DNA of 39,221 bases from an uncultured virus (IMG/VR IMGVR_UViG_3300022700_000138) (lineage: Duplodnaviria > Heunggongvirae > Uroviricota > Caudoviricetes). The notes beneath the pieces were generated by a model. It was not told the DNA's origin. It searched no databases and saw nothing but the letters and a program-made list of their open reading frames with translations. How positions within the stretch are numbered: position 1 is the first letter of the stretch; every line of letters begins with the position of its first letter. A program made the position numbers and the translations under genes. The DNA is taken from IMG/VR virus record IMGVR_UViG_3300022700_000138; one strand, given 5' to 3'. This document shows positions 17,424 through 28,232 of the stretch, piece after piece.

Positions 17424-17729
17424 ATGTGCTGGCCGAATCCGATTGTAACTTTTGTGGCCAAAAAGGTCAGACAACCTATTATGGATAGGTATACAAAAAT
17501 AATACAAGACAAATGGTTTTCCGATCCTGGTGCACGAATCGGCATTGAAAAAGACCGCTTGGACTTAACAGAAGCCCGTCACTTAGCCTACGTGGAACTG
17601 TTGCGGGTGCTTCTAGATCATACTGAGTTTGCTGAGCGGTACATGCAAATCGTGCTGCTGTACCTTCGTACACTTTCCGGCCGCGCGGGCTATATCGATA
17701 TCTTACGTGCTAGACCTTGGCAGACTTAG
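17424..17729 (+). CDS. hypothetical protein
   Basis: G9-AGG RBS. Confidence 0.55.
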   Translation: MCWPNPIVTFVAKKVRQPIMDRYTKIIQDKWFSDPGARIGIEKDRLDLTEARHLAYVELLRVLLDHTEFAERYMQIVLLYLRTLSGRAGYIDILRARPWQT

Positions 17730-17796
17730 TGGGAAACCACGGAAGTCTGACGGCTAGAACACATAACCAGTTTACTGCTGGCTAGACTGAGACTAC

Positions 17797-18153
17797 ATGA
17801 TATATGCCATTTTGTACGACTTTGAAAGTCGGGATGTGCTACCACCGGCAACAGCGTACTCCCCATATTCACTTTTGGGTAGGTTGGTTTACAAGGATCC
17901 ATCTTCAGCCATAGAAGCAGCACGGAGCTTTCACGATTTTCTGTCGTATGCGCTTGATCACAACTACACTCGGTTGAGTATCTATGAAATTTATGCTGAC
18001 TGGGAAGTTGATACTGTTGAAGTACCTGAAGTGGGTGAGGAAGACCGACCAACAGGTCCGGAACCTGCTATGGCGATGGTCCAGGAACTGCCCGATGAAG
18101 AGCGCTATTTAACTAGAATGGCAAAGATATGGAAGTTGGTCATGGAGGTGTGA
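17797..18153 (+). CDS. acidic hypothetical protein
   Basis: ORF. Confidence 0.6.
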   Translation: MIYAILYDFESRDVLPPATAYSPYSLLGRLVYKDPSSAIEAARSFHDFLSYALDHNYTRLSIYEIYADWEVDTVEVPEVGEEDRPTGPEPAMAMVQELPDEERYLTRMAKIWKLVMEV

Positions 18154-18220
18154 CCGGCGCAGTGTACTTAGCGTAGGTACAACAGAAGAGTATGTACTAC
18201 AACGCAACCGCAAACTGTGG

Positions 18221-18293
18221 GCCAGTGTATGCCAACGGCAGAGCAAACCGACTTAAAATCGGTTGGATGGGGGTTCGAATCCCCCCGCTGGCA
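18221..18293 (+). tRNA. tRNA-Leu(TAA) with short variable loop
   Basis: ACCGA-CTTAAAA-TCGGT; 5-nt variable loop; A73. Confidence 0.85.
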
Positions 18294-18365
18294 AAATCTC
18301 CCCCAAGACTGTATCGCCAGTTCGGCTCCGGATGCTAGCAATAAAATAAGGCGCACAGGTGTACT

Positions 18366-18998
18366 ATGCCACCTAGGTCTAAATTCCACAAAATCATACC
18401 AGAGGGTGAAGTAAACACGGCTCGTATTGTACATCGTACAGTTGCCCGGGGTACACCCAACAAGATCCACAAAGTGGCAGATCAAGATAAAATACCTCCC
18501 GGAAAATACTGCTGCCTTTACCTAAACAATGAACTTTCTGTCGCCGACACACCTATAGAACATGAAATATACCTCCGATTCGCTAAGAAAGCGAACGGCG
18601 CGGCGCTGGTAGCTGGATTGGGAATTGGTATGTGCATATTACCGTTAGTTCGAAACGCCGGTGTATCCCACGTAACTGTAGTGGAAAAATCTGAAGAGGT
18701 TATCAAACTGGTTTTTCCGAGCATACTCAAGTACCTGCAGCGCAGCGGACAACAGGATAAAATGGTAATATTCTGCGATGATATTCATACTTGGCAGCCG
18801 CAAACACCGCAACGGTTTGATACAATCTATTTCGATATATGGCCTACAACACAGAACAGCGACGAGAATGAAAGACTGCAGCTTAAACAGCAGTACTTCA
18901 AATATCTGGTACCTGAGCATGTTAACCGCCATAGACTAATCGATTACTGGAAGAGATTTGAAAAGCAGATAACGGAGGTAAAGCGTTATGGGATCTAG
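18366..18998 (+). CDS. class I SAM-dependent transferase (spermidine synthase/methyltransferase-like)
   Basis: LVAGLGIG, VTVVE, FDTIYFDIWP. Confidence 0.85.
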   Translation: MPPRSKFHKIIPEGEVNTARIVHRTVARGTPNKIHKVADQDKIPPGKYCCLYLNNELSVADTPIEHEIYLRFAKKANGAALVAGLGIGMCILPLVRNAGVSHVTVVEKSEEVIKLVFPSILKYLQRSGQQDKMVIFCDDIHTWQPQTPQRFDTIYFDIWPTTQNSDENERLQLKQQYFKYLVPEHVNRHRLIDYWKRFEKQITEVKRYGI

Positions 18999-19629
18999 TT
19001 TCGTTCCTATGCATACAGTCATTCCAGAGGGTAGACACGGGCATGCTCATATATCTCACCAGGTGGTCAGCCAGTCAGAATCTGACCTGACGAGACTACG
19101 TGCAGCTATCAACGGCCGACCGGAAGAGTTTGTTCGGCCAGGCACATACTGCAGACTCTTTGTGAAAGAAGAGCTTGCGATGTCCGACACAATTATGGAG
19201 CACAATACCAACAACGAAATCGTACATCGTGCTACTGGAAAGGTGCTTATCGCTGGACTTGGTATTGGTATGATTCTGGTGCCTATTGCCAAAAAAGAGG
19301 ATGTAACTGAGATTGTGGTGGTGGAGCAATCTGCAGACGTAATAAAACTGGTGTATCCAAATCTGGTCGCATACTTTAAAGGAACCGGAGACGTAAACCA
19401 TAAAAAGTTCCGAGTGGACTGTGCAGATATTCATGAGTGGGTACCGCTGGGAGACGAACGATTCGACACTATCTACTTTGACATATGGCCCACAATATGG
19501 CCCGACAACTTGGAAGAGATGGTATATCTAGAGAGCCGATTCCGTCCCCTACTCAAAGACAACGCGACTGCGTGGATGGATTGCTGGTCTCGGACACTCA
19601 TAGAACGCGAACTCAGGTCCTACCGCTAG
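18988..19629 (+). CDS. class I SAM-dependent transferase, tandem paralog
   Basis: LIAGLGIG, IVVVE, FDTIYFDIWP. Confidence 0.85.
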   Translation: MGSSFVPMHTVIPEGRHGHAHISHQVVSQSESDLTRLRAAINGRPEEFVRPGTYCRLFVKEELAMSDTIMEHNTNNEIVHRATGKVLIAGLGIGMILVPIAKKEDVTEIVVVEQSADVIKLVYPNLVAYFKGTGDVNHKKFRVDCADIHEWVPLGDERFDTIYFDIWPTIWPDNLEEMVYLESRFRPLLKDNATAWMDCWSRTLIERELRSYR

Positions 19630-19752
19630 ACCCCTACTGATCGTATTTCCTCAACAAGCAAAGTAGTTAGAATATGGTGGACCCCCTACTTGTTGGCTTG
19701 GAGTGACCAGCTGGTAGCCACCATTATGTTTTAACAGCTCCGCTTCCCTCTT

Positions 19753-19786
19753 GAGCCCCAGGTAACCCCTGGGGCTCTCTTTATTT
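19753..19786 (+). terminator. intrinsic terminator
   Basis: GAGCCCCAGG/CCTGGGGCTC then TCTTTATTT. Confidence 0.8.
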
Positions 19787-19840
19787 CGCCTAGACAAGTT
19801 ACACTCTTGTAAGGATCGGTGTATCCGCAAGAGAGATGCT

Positions 19841-20554
19841 GTGTCTATCGAAGAAGCCCTTTTCGACGATCTACTCGCCGTAGCTCAGAAATATAGCCCT
19901 AAGACCAAGGTGGTACCGAAAGCCACGGTGTGGTGGCACAAGGCTATTGCAAAAATCCTGGCGATCGTAGGTAATGATAGCTACCTTGATGGTTACTGGA
20001 CGACGATAGGCTATACAATATACCAACCTGGAAAACAAGTGGACAAAAAGAGATGGTCTGTAGTCCCGCATGAGGGAGGGCACTCTGTACAGGCTAAGAC
20101 GTGGACACGCCCACTATTCGGTAGTTTGTACCTGATGGGCACCCCTGTATGGCTGCTGCCTGCTTTATTGTTTAGCTGGCCGTTTTTTGTTTGGCTGCCT
20201 TGGTGGTCAGGTCTTATATTTACTCTTTCGTTCCTTCTTCTCTCCTTTCCACCCTTCGGTTTATGCCGTGCCCACTGGGAGTTCCAGATGTACGGATTGT
20301 CGTTAGCAATTCAGTACTGGCGTGGGTACAGCATCGATAGCGGATATATCGAAGACAGAGCTAGGCAGTTTACTGGACCGGACTATTTTTACATGTATCC
20401 GTGTAAAAGTAGTGCCGAGAAAAAGTTACGTGCATACCTAAACGATGCCAAAACCGGAAAGATATTTGATGGTCCCTACGGAGAATACATGAAGGAAGTG
20501 TACAAAGTATTAGTAAAACATAATCAGGTCAGGAATCACCCGGCGAGGGCCTAA
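19841..20554 (+). CDS. membrane HExxH metallopeptidase-like protein
   Basis: PHEGGH, hydrophobic stretch, HWEFQMY. Confidence 0.7.
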   Translation: MSIEEALFDDLLAVAQKYSPKTKVVPKATVWWHKAIAKILAIVGNDSYLDGYWTTIGYTIYQPGKQVDKKRWSVVPHEGGHSVQAKTWTRPLFGSLYLMGTPVWLLPALLFSWPFFVWLPWWSGLIFTLSFLLLSFPPFGLCRAHWEFQMYGLSLAIQYWRGYSIDSGYIEDRARQFTGPDYFYMYPCKSSAEKKLRAYLNDAKTGKIFDGPYGEYMKEVYKVLVKHNQVRNHPARA

Positions 20555-21559
20555 ATGGACGACGTAAGACCAAAACCTCACTTCATCCGGCTAGACGCAC
20601 TTGATGAATCGTCAATCCGCGGATTACATTCACAAGACATAACTCAATATCTAAAGATAACCAAAATAACCCTACAGAAATATCTGGAAGCTTGTCTGCA
20701 TCCTGAGGGTCAGTTCCGGGAATTCTTCAAGCAATTCGCATCTTTTTCTGTTCAATATACTATCAACGAAGCGCTGTCACAAGACCCACAAGTGCGCAGT
20801 ATCCAAATTGGGCGCTTTTTCGATAGAACTCGAGAGGCCCCACCGCAAATAATCATTCAAGATGGTGGATATAGTTATGTTCCTGCATCGTTAGGCAGCC
20901 TAACAGGGGGGTACAACACCTTAACCCAAAATGGGGTGCAAATAGTCCGGGTTATGGATGTAATTCCAATTCCAATTGAGATTGCATGCGCCGCCACGCA
21001 GGAGAGGGATCTACAGGACCTGCTAGCAATTATATCTGCGGCTTTCGGGCAATTGATACGTTTTACTACCAACTACGTGCTAAGACCCCCCAAAAATCAG
21101 CAAGGGGCTTATTGGGAAGTGCGCGTACCCTTACAACATAGTGTCAGCGCCAAGAGCAGGTCTGCTCTACATGGTGACCCACAAAAGTCGTTCTGGTCTG
21201 CGACCGTGTCCATGGAAGTGGAATTCGAGAACTCCACCTATATAGGTTACCGTGCAGCACCAACTATCCTAGAACAAGCAGGCAGTATTTCACTTGAGTT
21301 GCCGGACCGTATCCCGATATCTGGCCCCGTGCCGTTTACCATAAAAGATATGCCCTATCCGGTGAACGTACACACTGATGATTCTAGAATAGCTATTGTA
21401 ACTTCTGGAACTGGACATACTTCTTTCGTAATTCGCCCAAAAAGATTAGGGACATGCAAAGTCTTGGTGACTAGGAACCCAATCACAACGGGAAAACCAG
21501 TACGCGAAGACGATAATAAGATCATAGCAGAAAAAGAAGTCGAAGTCGTATCACGCTGA
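20555..21559 (+). CDS. putative tail completion/terminator-type structural protein
   Basis: Directly upstream of the sheath gene; beta-rich C-terminus; positional inference. Confidence 0.45.
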   Translation: MDDVRPKPHFIRLDALDESSIRGLHSQDITQYLKITKITLQKYLEACLHPEGQFREFFKQFASFSVQYTINEALSQDPQVRSIQIGRFFDRTREAPPQIIIQDGGYSYVPASLGSLTGGYNTLTQNGVQIVRVMDVIPIPIEIACAATQERDLQDLLAIISAAFGQLIRFTTNYVLRPPKNQQGAYWEVRVPLQHSVSAKSRSALHGDPQKSFWSATVSMEVEFENSTYIGYRAAPTILEQAGSISLELPDRIPISGPVPFTIKDMPYPVNVHTDDSRIAIVTSGTGHTSFVIRPKRLGTCKVLVTRNPITTGKPVREDDNKIIAEKEVEVVSR

Positions 21560-21688
21560 CCGCGTTCCAAACAAACTAGTTACTTTATTTTGGGCGCAAC
21601 GCCTGCCGTTGTCTATTCGCTCAGTAAATACAAGCGGATTGGGTCGGCACGATAATAAACAGATCCTGGAAACAGAGGAGATTTCATC

Positions 21689-24600
21689 ATGGCAATTGGT
21701 GACTTCCGCTTGAGCACAACTAGATACGTGCGGCCTGGAACATTTATCGGATTTGTCCAGATCCCGCGTCCGACTGCAACGCCTGACGAGGTAAGACTGC
21801 CTGGTTACGTGGCTCGTGGGCACCGCCTTGCTCAAGTGTTTTCTGTTGAGTTAGTACGCTCATACATAGAAAACGAAGAGCTAGATTTTACCACCGTGGT
21901 TCCGTATCAGGCGCAGCTAGATCACGACGCATTGAACGACCAAACGGTAGCGTTCGTCTACAAACTGAACCGCGAGGTTGTACAGAACTGGGTTTTCAAG
22001 GAGAGCAACCCCGGATCTGGGGTGTATGACCTGGTAGAAATCTCCGCGCTAGAATTCGACAAAAACGCTACGTACTACATTGATTACCAGAGTATTGAGC
22101 GTGACCGACTTGATCCGTTACCATTCGACGAAGTCCGTCAAATGGTTAATGTCGGAGATGCAGAAGGGCAGGCTAAATACGACGAATTTGTAGACTATCG
22201 AGTCGTAACCGAGTTAATCGGCGATTCCGAAGGTGGAGATCCGGATGCACTAGTTGCTGCCGATACCAACTCAGCAACTGGCGGATCGGTGTCTAGTGTT
22301 GGCGGTACGGGACCCGCCGGCGCTGTAGCCTTTAATGCGTCAAACAATGACTATGTATTCCCGTACAATATGGACTACGAACTTGAGGTACTTGCATTTA
22401 CCGCTACTACGTCAATTACCTTCGAGATAAAAATAAACCCGGCCTCTGGCGGAAACGACCAAGCAAACAAAGTACCATTTCATTCAAGTCTAGTCGGTGT
22501 AACAGGGCAAAACGCCGAGATCACAATACTATCTGGAAGTGAAACAAACGTAGCTCTAGATACCGAGTATCCATTTACTGATGGTATCCGCATTGATGTG
22601 GATCTTACTGCAGCAATTAGTGTTGGGGATACTTTCACCTGGTCTGCGTACGGACCTGGATTGGTAGAAATTGCTAGTCCACACGACAACGATAACCAGT
22701 TTGCTGAAGTACCAGACCCCGATTACGAAAATAACTTCGACCCCAGTGTTGACGAGCAGAGTTCTGGTACTATTACTGTAAGTGATAAAACTGCCTACGA
22801 TGACATGTTCAATAGGGACTACTGGTTCCGCGTGTACGATGCAGGCGGATCAACGGGTGACGGACCCAATGGAAACCGGCAGTTTACTATTTTGTGGTCT
22901 TCGTATAACGAACTTCCTTACACAGAAGGCCAGATCCAAGTAGACGAGACAAATCCTGATTCCTATACCGCAGTCTCTCTTGAGAAGGGAATATATGTCG
23001 ATGTTAATTTGGGTGCAGGTCACGACATAGACCTGCAGAACACGACAGAACTGGTTAGTGCTGCTGATGCATCGAATCTAACCACTGCGTTGGCACTGGC
23101 GGTAGATTCTAAGGCACGATACGACGACCACGACAATGATGGAACGTTTGCGCGCCACCAAGCTGGATCTACCGGAAACCACCAAACTACTATTACCCCT
23201 ACAGACGAAGCCACGCTAGTTGCGTTCTGTCAGGAACTTCAGACGTTATACTTGGAACATCGTACTGACAGTGCTATGCATATTCCAATTGATGACATCT
23301 GGACGCTGGATTCTACGATCACGCCAACAAATATCAATACGTGCATCGCATTCCTAAATGATTTCAAAGTCAAGTTTAACCGCCATGTCAAGGCGTTTAA
23401 CTTTACCCAAGGCGATGAATGGAGCATGGCTGTCAAAGCTCCACGACGGGAGTTCACTGCCAAGGACGATAGAGAATACACACTAACGCTTGGATCGGTG
23501 TCTGCTACGGACGTGTCGGTCAGTTGGTACACCGATACTTACGAAGGTAGGTTTGGCAGCTTTGTAGTACCTGCAACAGACATCTATGTCGATCTTCCGG
23601 ACAATGTACTGCTGTCATGGAGAAATTATCCTATTGGTACGTCTCCGCAACGTTTTGCGACCGGCGACAAGTTCTCGTTCTCTGGCGTAAACCGGGATCA
23701 AATTGATTGGTCGCTGGAACAGCGTACTTCGGAAACTATACAAAACGACGACATCCAGCAAGACACACTTGGTCGAATCACAGGCACACCGACAGCATGG
23801 TTTGTGACGCTTCTATCTACCCCAAGTGAGATTATCCGCGTGGAAGACGCGAGTACCGGGAATCTTATCTCATATAGCCACGTTTTAAATCCAGACGGTA
23901 GTACAACACCCTACGTAATGTTTACGAGTAGTACCAAGCCGTCCAATGACGTCATTATCTATTACTCGTATATAGGACAGGAACCTTCTCCTGGGCAGTC
24001 ATACTTTGTCACCGCATATCGATTGAGAGCTTCTACAGATTATAATCGACCAACTCTTTACCTTACACGCGAGGAGATGGCCAGAGGGCTCTCTCCAAAA
24101 ACCACGGACAACCATCTATGGCTGGCTGGTGATATTGCCTTCGACACAAACTTCTTCGGTGCTTATTTCTGCCAAGTCGAGGACAGTGCTGGAAACCAGA
24201 CGTTCTCTATTGCTGATTACCGAAAAGCAATCGATGCAACTGAAAAGGTCAAGGCTATCACCGACCTGGTAGTGGTTGGGTATTTCAATGCCGTGCCATA
24301 TGCAAAGCTTTCTATCGAGAAGATGGCGGACCCCTTCCAACGTGCCGAACGGATGCTATGGGTTGGCGCACCGGTAGGCACTGAAGTAGGTGACCCAGAC
24401 ACGCCAGACACTCTAGTGTACCTAGCCAAGAAGACACTCCAATTTCAGGGGAACAATCCTGGAAGAGGGCACATTGTCCTTGTCGGTAACTCCGAGGCGG
24501 AAAGAACAGTAGTATTGGACGATGGTACTACGACACGAGTCACTTTGGACGGCTCGTTTGTAGCTGCTTATACTGCGGCAAGAAACGCCGGATTTAGGGA

Positions 24601-25135
24601 TCCTGCTAATACCCTATTACGGAAAGAAACTGCATCGTTCGACACCATGCAGACGTTTAGCGAACCCGAGCAGGACATTCTGGGAGCTGCACGGGTTTTA
24701 TTCCTCAGAGAGATTGGTACTGGCACTTATCGATACGGTGAATCTACTACTGTAGACTCGAGTGCGCCAGACTTAGAAGAAATCAGTGCGATGAACCAGA
24801 AAATCTTTGTCACCAGAAAGGTGGCCAAAGACATGGACAACGCGTTGATTAGCATTGTTCCACCTAGTCCGGCAGCGGGCGTTGCGCTCGTTAAGGCTTA
24901 CTTAACCGACGAGCTTTCCACGATCGTTTCTTCCGGAGTGGCGGCGCCGTACGGTTCCGAAGAAAATCCCCCGACCACACGCGAGATCAGTCCTGGAACT
25001 GACTTGTACGTGTTCGTAGACGAAAATGACCGAAGGTTGTATCACTTCGGGTATTTCATCAACTTGCGGTACCCCATCAAACGGCTGTTTGGCCTTTACT
25101 CGGTGGACACACGCTTCTGGGATGCAAGGCAGTAG
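21689..25135 (+). CDS. contractile tail sheath protein
   Basis: 1148 aa acidic; N-terminal YVRPGTFI; sheath-like C-terminus (..YRYGESTT..EIS..YPIKRL); tube gene downstream. Confidence 0.85.
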   Translation: MAIGDFRLSTTRYVRPGTFIGFVQIPRPTATPDEVRLPGYVARGHRLAQVFSVELVRSYIENEELDFTTVVPYQAQLDHDALNDQTVAFVYKLNREVVQNWVFKESNPGSGVYDLVEISALEFDKNATYYIDYQSIERDRLDPLPFDEVRQMVNVGDAEGQAKYDEFVDYRVVTELIGDSEGGDPDALVAADTNSATGGSVSSVGGTGPAGAVAFNASNNDYVFPYNMDYELEVLAFTATTSITFEIKINPASGGNDQANKVPFHSSLVGVTGQNAEITILSGSETNVALDTEYPFTDGIRIDVDLTAAISVGDTFTWSAYGPGLVEIASPHDNDNQFAEVPDPDYENNFDPSVDEQSSGTITVSDKTAYDDMFNRDYWFRVYDAGGSTGDGPNGNRQFTILWSSYNELPYTEGQIQVDETNPDSYTAVSLEKGIYVDVNLGAGHDIDLQNTTELVSAADASNLTTALALAVDSKARYDDHDNDGTFARHQAGSTGNHQTTITPTDEATLVAFCQELQTLYLEHRTDSAMHIPIDDIWTLDSTITPTNINTCIAFLNDFKVKFNRHVKAFNFTQGDEWSMAVKAPRREFTAKDDREYTLTLGSVSATDVSVSWYTDTYEGRFGSFVVPATDIYVDLPDNVLLSWRNYPIGTSPQRFATGDKFSFSGVNRDQIDWSLEQRTSETIQNDDIQQDTLGRITGTPTAWFVTLLSTPSEIIRVEDASTGNLISYSHVLNPDGSTTPYVMFTSSTKPSNDVIIYYSYIGQEPSPGQSYFVTAYRLRASTDYNRPTLYLTREEMARGLSPKTTDNHLWLAGDIAFDTNFFGAYFCQVEDSAGNQTFSIADYRKAIDATEKVKAITDLVVVGYFNAVPYAKLSIEKMADPFQRAERMLWVGAPVGTEVGDPDTPDTLVYLAKKTLQFQGNNPGRGHIVLVGNSEAERTVVLDDGTTTRVTLDGSFVAAYTAARNAGFRDPANTLLRKETASFDTMQTFSEPEQDILGAARVLFLREIGTGTYRYGESTTVDSSAPDLEEISAMNQKIFVTRKVAKDMDNALISIVPPSPAAGVALVKAYLTDELSTIVSSGVAAPYGSEENPPTTREISPGTDLYVFVDENDRRLYHFGYFINLRYPIKRLFGLYSVDTRFWDARQ

Positions 25136-25138
25136 TAA

Positions 25139-25540
25139 ATGAGCATTGAGATTGCATGCATTGCTAGGTATGAGGGGCGGCAGAATATGGTACACGTATC
25201 TGCTATTCTTCTCGACGATGACGGCAATCCAATTCCAGAAAAGATTAGAAAAGCGTCTGTGGCATTACTACATAACCGAACACCGATGCTAACTAAAGAA
25301 GTAACTGAAAAAGAGTACAACGAAGGTGAGAAAGCCTTCTATGTATTTTTTGTAAATCCACCTGTGCAGACAAACATGTTTGTCAAGTTCGAGGTGGAAC
25401 TAGACGACGACCAAACCGCAAAAGTAATCAACGAAGTAAACCCAGAGCATCTTCTGCCTTACAAAGGGTTTTCTAGCAACCCAATGTTAGCTGGGCGGCC
25501 GGTCCTGGACTATACAGACTCGGATACGAACCCACTTTAA
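25139..25540 (+). CDS. hypothetical (tail module)
   Basis: Tightly packed ORF. Confidence 0.7.
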   Translation: MSIEIACIARYEGRQNMVHVSAILLDDDGNPIPEKIRKASVALLHNRTPMLTKEVTEKEYNEGEKAFYVFFVNPPVQTNMFVKFEVELDDDQTAKVINEVNPEHLLPYKGFSSNPMLAGRPVLDYTDSDTNPL

Positions 25541-25549
25541 GGAAGTGCC

Positions 25550-26002
25550 ATGTCGTTGACTCCAGTGAAAATGCTATGGCCTATTAGGCTAGATCCAAAT
25601 GGCACTCCAGGCGGGTCATACGCGTTTGTTGTAGAAGACCGTATTCGCACAGCTAAGGCAGTCTTTTCACCCTTACTGAGATTCTACAACACAAACACTT
25701 CCGGTGATATTAATCTCAAAGTTACGCACACCCTAGATTTGGGATACGGTGACGATCCACTCTATAGTGGCGCCTGGACTTTCGAAGTTGTCAATGAAGA
25801 CATCCCAGCAGTAACAATTAGAGATTATGCCTTTACCCCACAAATAGACTTGGATCAAGTAGCAGTAACACGGCATACAGTAACCGTCACGAACTTAAGT
25901 GCTACCGAACAGAAAATAGTGCGGCTGATACTCTTCGGAACTGCCGAGATTGAGGCACAGTTACCTGCAAGTCAGCAGATCGTGCGGGCTGCAACTGTAT
26001 AG
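25550..26002 (+). CDS. hypothetical beta-rich virion protein
   Basis: Tightly packed ORF with RBS. Confidence 0.7.
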   Translation: MSLTPVKMLWPIRLDPNGTPGGSYAFVVEDRIRTAKAVFSPLLRFYNTNTSGDINLKVTHTLDLGYGDDPLYSGAWTFEVVNEDIPAVTIRDYAFTPQIDLDQVAVTRHTVTVTNLSATEQKIVRLILFGTAEIEAQLPASQQIVRAATV

Positions 26003-26009
26003 GTGATTC

Positions 26010-26378
26010 ATGAGTCTGCGTAAGAAAGCTGACGCTCTACAAAAACTTAAAAGTGTCCGGCACGAGATGGCAGTCGACTGCCTACACAAAGAAGCAACCG
26101 CTTTGCTACCCAAGCTGGTAGAGCACCAATTAAAGGTTGCCACAGCTTATCTAGGAAAAGAGCTACAAGCAGAAGGCGCCCAGCAACGATTAGTTGTAGA
26201 GCTAGCTTGTGAAGCTGCGTATGTAGATCCAGATCGTCAGAATACTGAGTTTAGAAAAGCCCTGGCATTTGCCATGGAATCAACTCATCCGGCTGTATTA
26301 GCAGCACTCAGAAACGCGCAAGCAGAACTGCCGAATTTAGATGCGGCAAGAAAACAACTGCTTAGGATAATGAGGTAA
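26010..26378 (+). CDS. hypothetical helical protein
   Basis: AGGTG RBS. Confidence 0.7.
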   Translation: MSLRKKADALQKLKSVRHEMAVDCLHKEATALLPKLVEHQLKVATAYLGKELQAEGAQQRLVVELACEAAYVDPDRQNTEFRKALAFAMESTHPAVLAALRNAQAELPNLDAARKQLLRIMR

Positions 26379-26381
26379 CCA

Positions 26382-26930
26382 ATGGCAGCCCCTCCCGAAC
26401 TCAACAGAACATTTGCCGGAAACAACTACGGTGTTTTCTCACCGCCAGTATTTTTCGATGCGGATGACTCTCCAACTAGTAAAACGTACCATGGCATTAC
26501 CATTTCTGTTAATGGAAATGTGATTGGTAGGGTACAAAACTGGGACACTAGCGGTGCATACGCACGTGAAGGCGAGCATGTTTACGAGTTGAACAACCTC
26601 ACGTGGGGCAAGCCAGTTGACTACGTGCCTGGCCGATGGACCGGTCTTACTATATCAGCAACTGTTGCAGAGATGTGGGATGCGGAGATTGAAGTCCAGA
26701 TAGGGCTTGTTCCTGCAGGTGATCAGATCTCCGACCTTATCCAGCAGACTACCCCCTTTACAGCCCATGAGTTCTGGTTCAGGCACGTAGATATCTATAG
26801 AATCTGGGTATATCGGGGGTGCTGGCTCACAGACCGGAACGAAACGGCGTTCACCAGTGACGGAAACGCAAGGGTGATTGCTAACTTCAACTTCAACTAT
26901 GTGAGCCGCCAACTGGTTTCTTCTGGCTAG
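26382..26930 (+). CDS. tail tube protein
   Basis: ISVNG..IG..Q, VYEL, YRGCWLT pattern; 182 aa; follows sheath. Confidence 0.8.
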   Translation: MAAPPELNRTFAGNNYGVFSPPVFFDADDSPTSKTYHGITISVNGNVIGRVQNWDTSGAYAREGEHVYELNNLTWGKPVDYVPGRWTGLTISATVAEMWDAEIEVQIGLVPAGDQISDLIQQTTPFTAHEFWFRHVDIYRIWVYRGCWLTDRNETAFTSDGNARVIANFNFNYVSRQLVSSG

Positions 26931-27061
26931 TGTGTAGTTGTACAGTCCTACTGTAAATACATTCAAACTTTTGTACGTTACTACATGGCCTAAATATAAA
27001 TTACGTCGGCCCCAATACTGGTCTAAGCTGTAAAGGCAGCTTTAAGAATGCAGGTGTCGAC

Positions 27062-28219
27062 ATGAAAACTATACCCGTCTCAAGCTCTAATTTTACCTTC
27101 CAAGAGTTCACCCGCGAAGACCGCCCCGCCAAAGAAACCGCTAAGAAGTCTAAAGGTAACAAGGCTCCTTTGGAACTGTTGTTACGTCTAGTAGAAAGCG
27201 CAAACGCTAACCTCGACATTATCCAAAAAGCAGCCGGACTGGGAAGTATAGACAAAAAGATCGAAAAAGGTCATGCCCTACCGGTACCTCTCTTCAGATC
27301 TGTCCGGTCTTTTTTAGAAACGATTGTTAACACAGAGACTGTCTTACACAGCTGCTACGCACGGATAGACGCTGACAAACCTGACATTGGTAGAAGGCTC
27401 GCAGCGGCAGCGGAAGACAGTCGTAGACTGCTATCTTCCATAGAAGAGATAAATACGTTTAGGTCTACGTCGCATGTAATACAGGAGAAGCGGAAACAGA
27501 GAGTAAATGACGCTATACTCCGTATAACAAAACACCTGGCATTGGTAAAAGCCTTCCTGAAAGAGGAGCTAGCGGTAATAAAAATGGAGGACAATGTCCA
27601 GTCTAGCAGTAAAGTAGAAGAGCTAAAAAAGAATGTGAAAACTCAGAATATGGAACCAATTTTAGAGGCGTTTAAAGAAAAGGGCTGGAAAGTACCCGAG
27701 AATCAAAACGTAGAGAATGGAATTGCCGATGTAGATACAGGATTGCAGTTGAGTAATATGTTACTTAAGTCTATACAAAAACCTAGCACCGAATTGCTAC
27801 CCGATAACTGCCTTATAGGCGTGATCCGCTTCCCCAGTATATTAAGACTGATGAAAAGACCCAGAGATCTGGTGATACAGAAATGTCTGGAGCCTACCAC
27901 AGGATATAATCTGTATATGGTGTTCGGTTCTTATCTTGTCGTGGATCATGCAATTGCTATTGGTATCAATAGGAAGCTTATGCGCATTTACGGAGAAAAA
28001 GGTAAGGTGGAAATAGATGTGGAAAAATTTGATAAGTTATTACCATATGTAATGAACGAGTTCCCAGATTGGCGCGATAGCCTTAGTTCTTTACTTCCCA
28101 CTCTTCCTATTCATGCTAGCGGAAAACACTACTATAGTCTAATGCTGCCCAAGTCGGTGGTTAGCGCAAACGAGATCCGGATAGGTGACTGGCAATTCGT
28201 ACGACAACGAACCCACTAG
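27062..28219 (+). CDS. hypothetical protein
   Basis: 385-aa ORF with AGGTG RBS. Confidence 0.75.
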   Translation: MKTIPVSSSNFTFQEFTREDRPAKETAKKSKGNKAPLELLLRLVESANANLDIIQKAAGLGSIDKKIEKGHALPVPLFRSVRSFLETIVNTETVLHSCYARIDADKPDIGRRLAAAAEDSRRLLSSIEEINTFRSTSHVIQEKRKQRVNDAILRITKHLALVKAFLKEELAVIKMEDNVQSSSKVEELKKNVKTQNMEPILEAFKEKGWKVPENQNVENGIADVDTGLQLSNMLLKSIQKPSTELLPDNCLIGVIRFPSILRLMKRPRDLVIQKCLEPTTGYNLYMVFGSYLVVDHAIAIGINRKLMRIYGEKGKVEIDVEKFDKLLPYVMNEFPDWRDSLSSLLPTLPIHASGKHYYSLMLPKSVVSANEIRIGDWQFVRQRTH

Positions 28220-28232
28220 GAGACCTACACAA

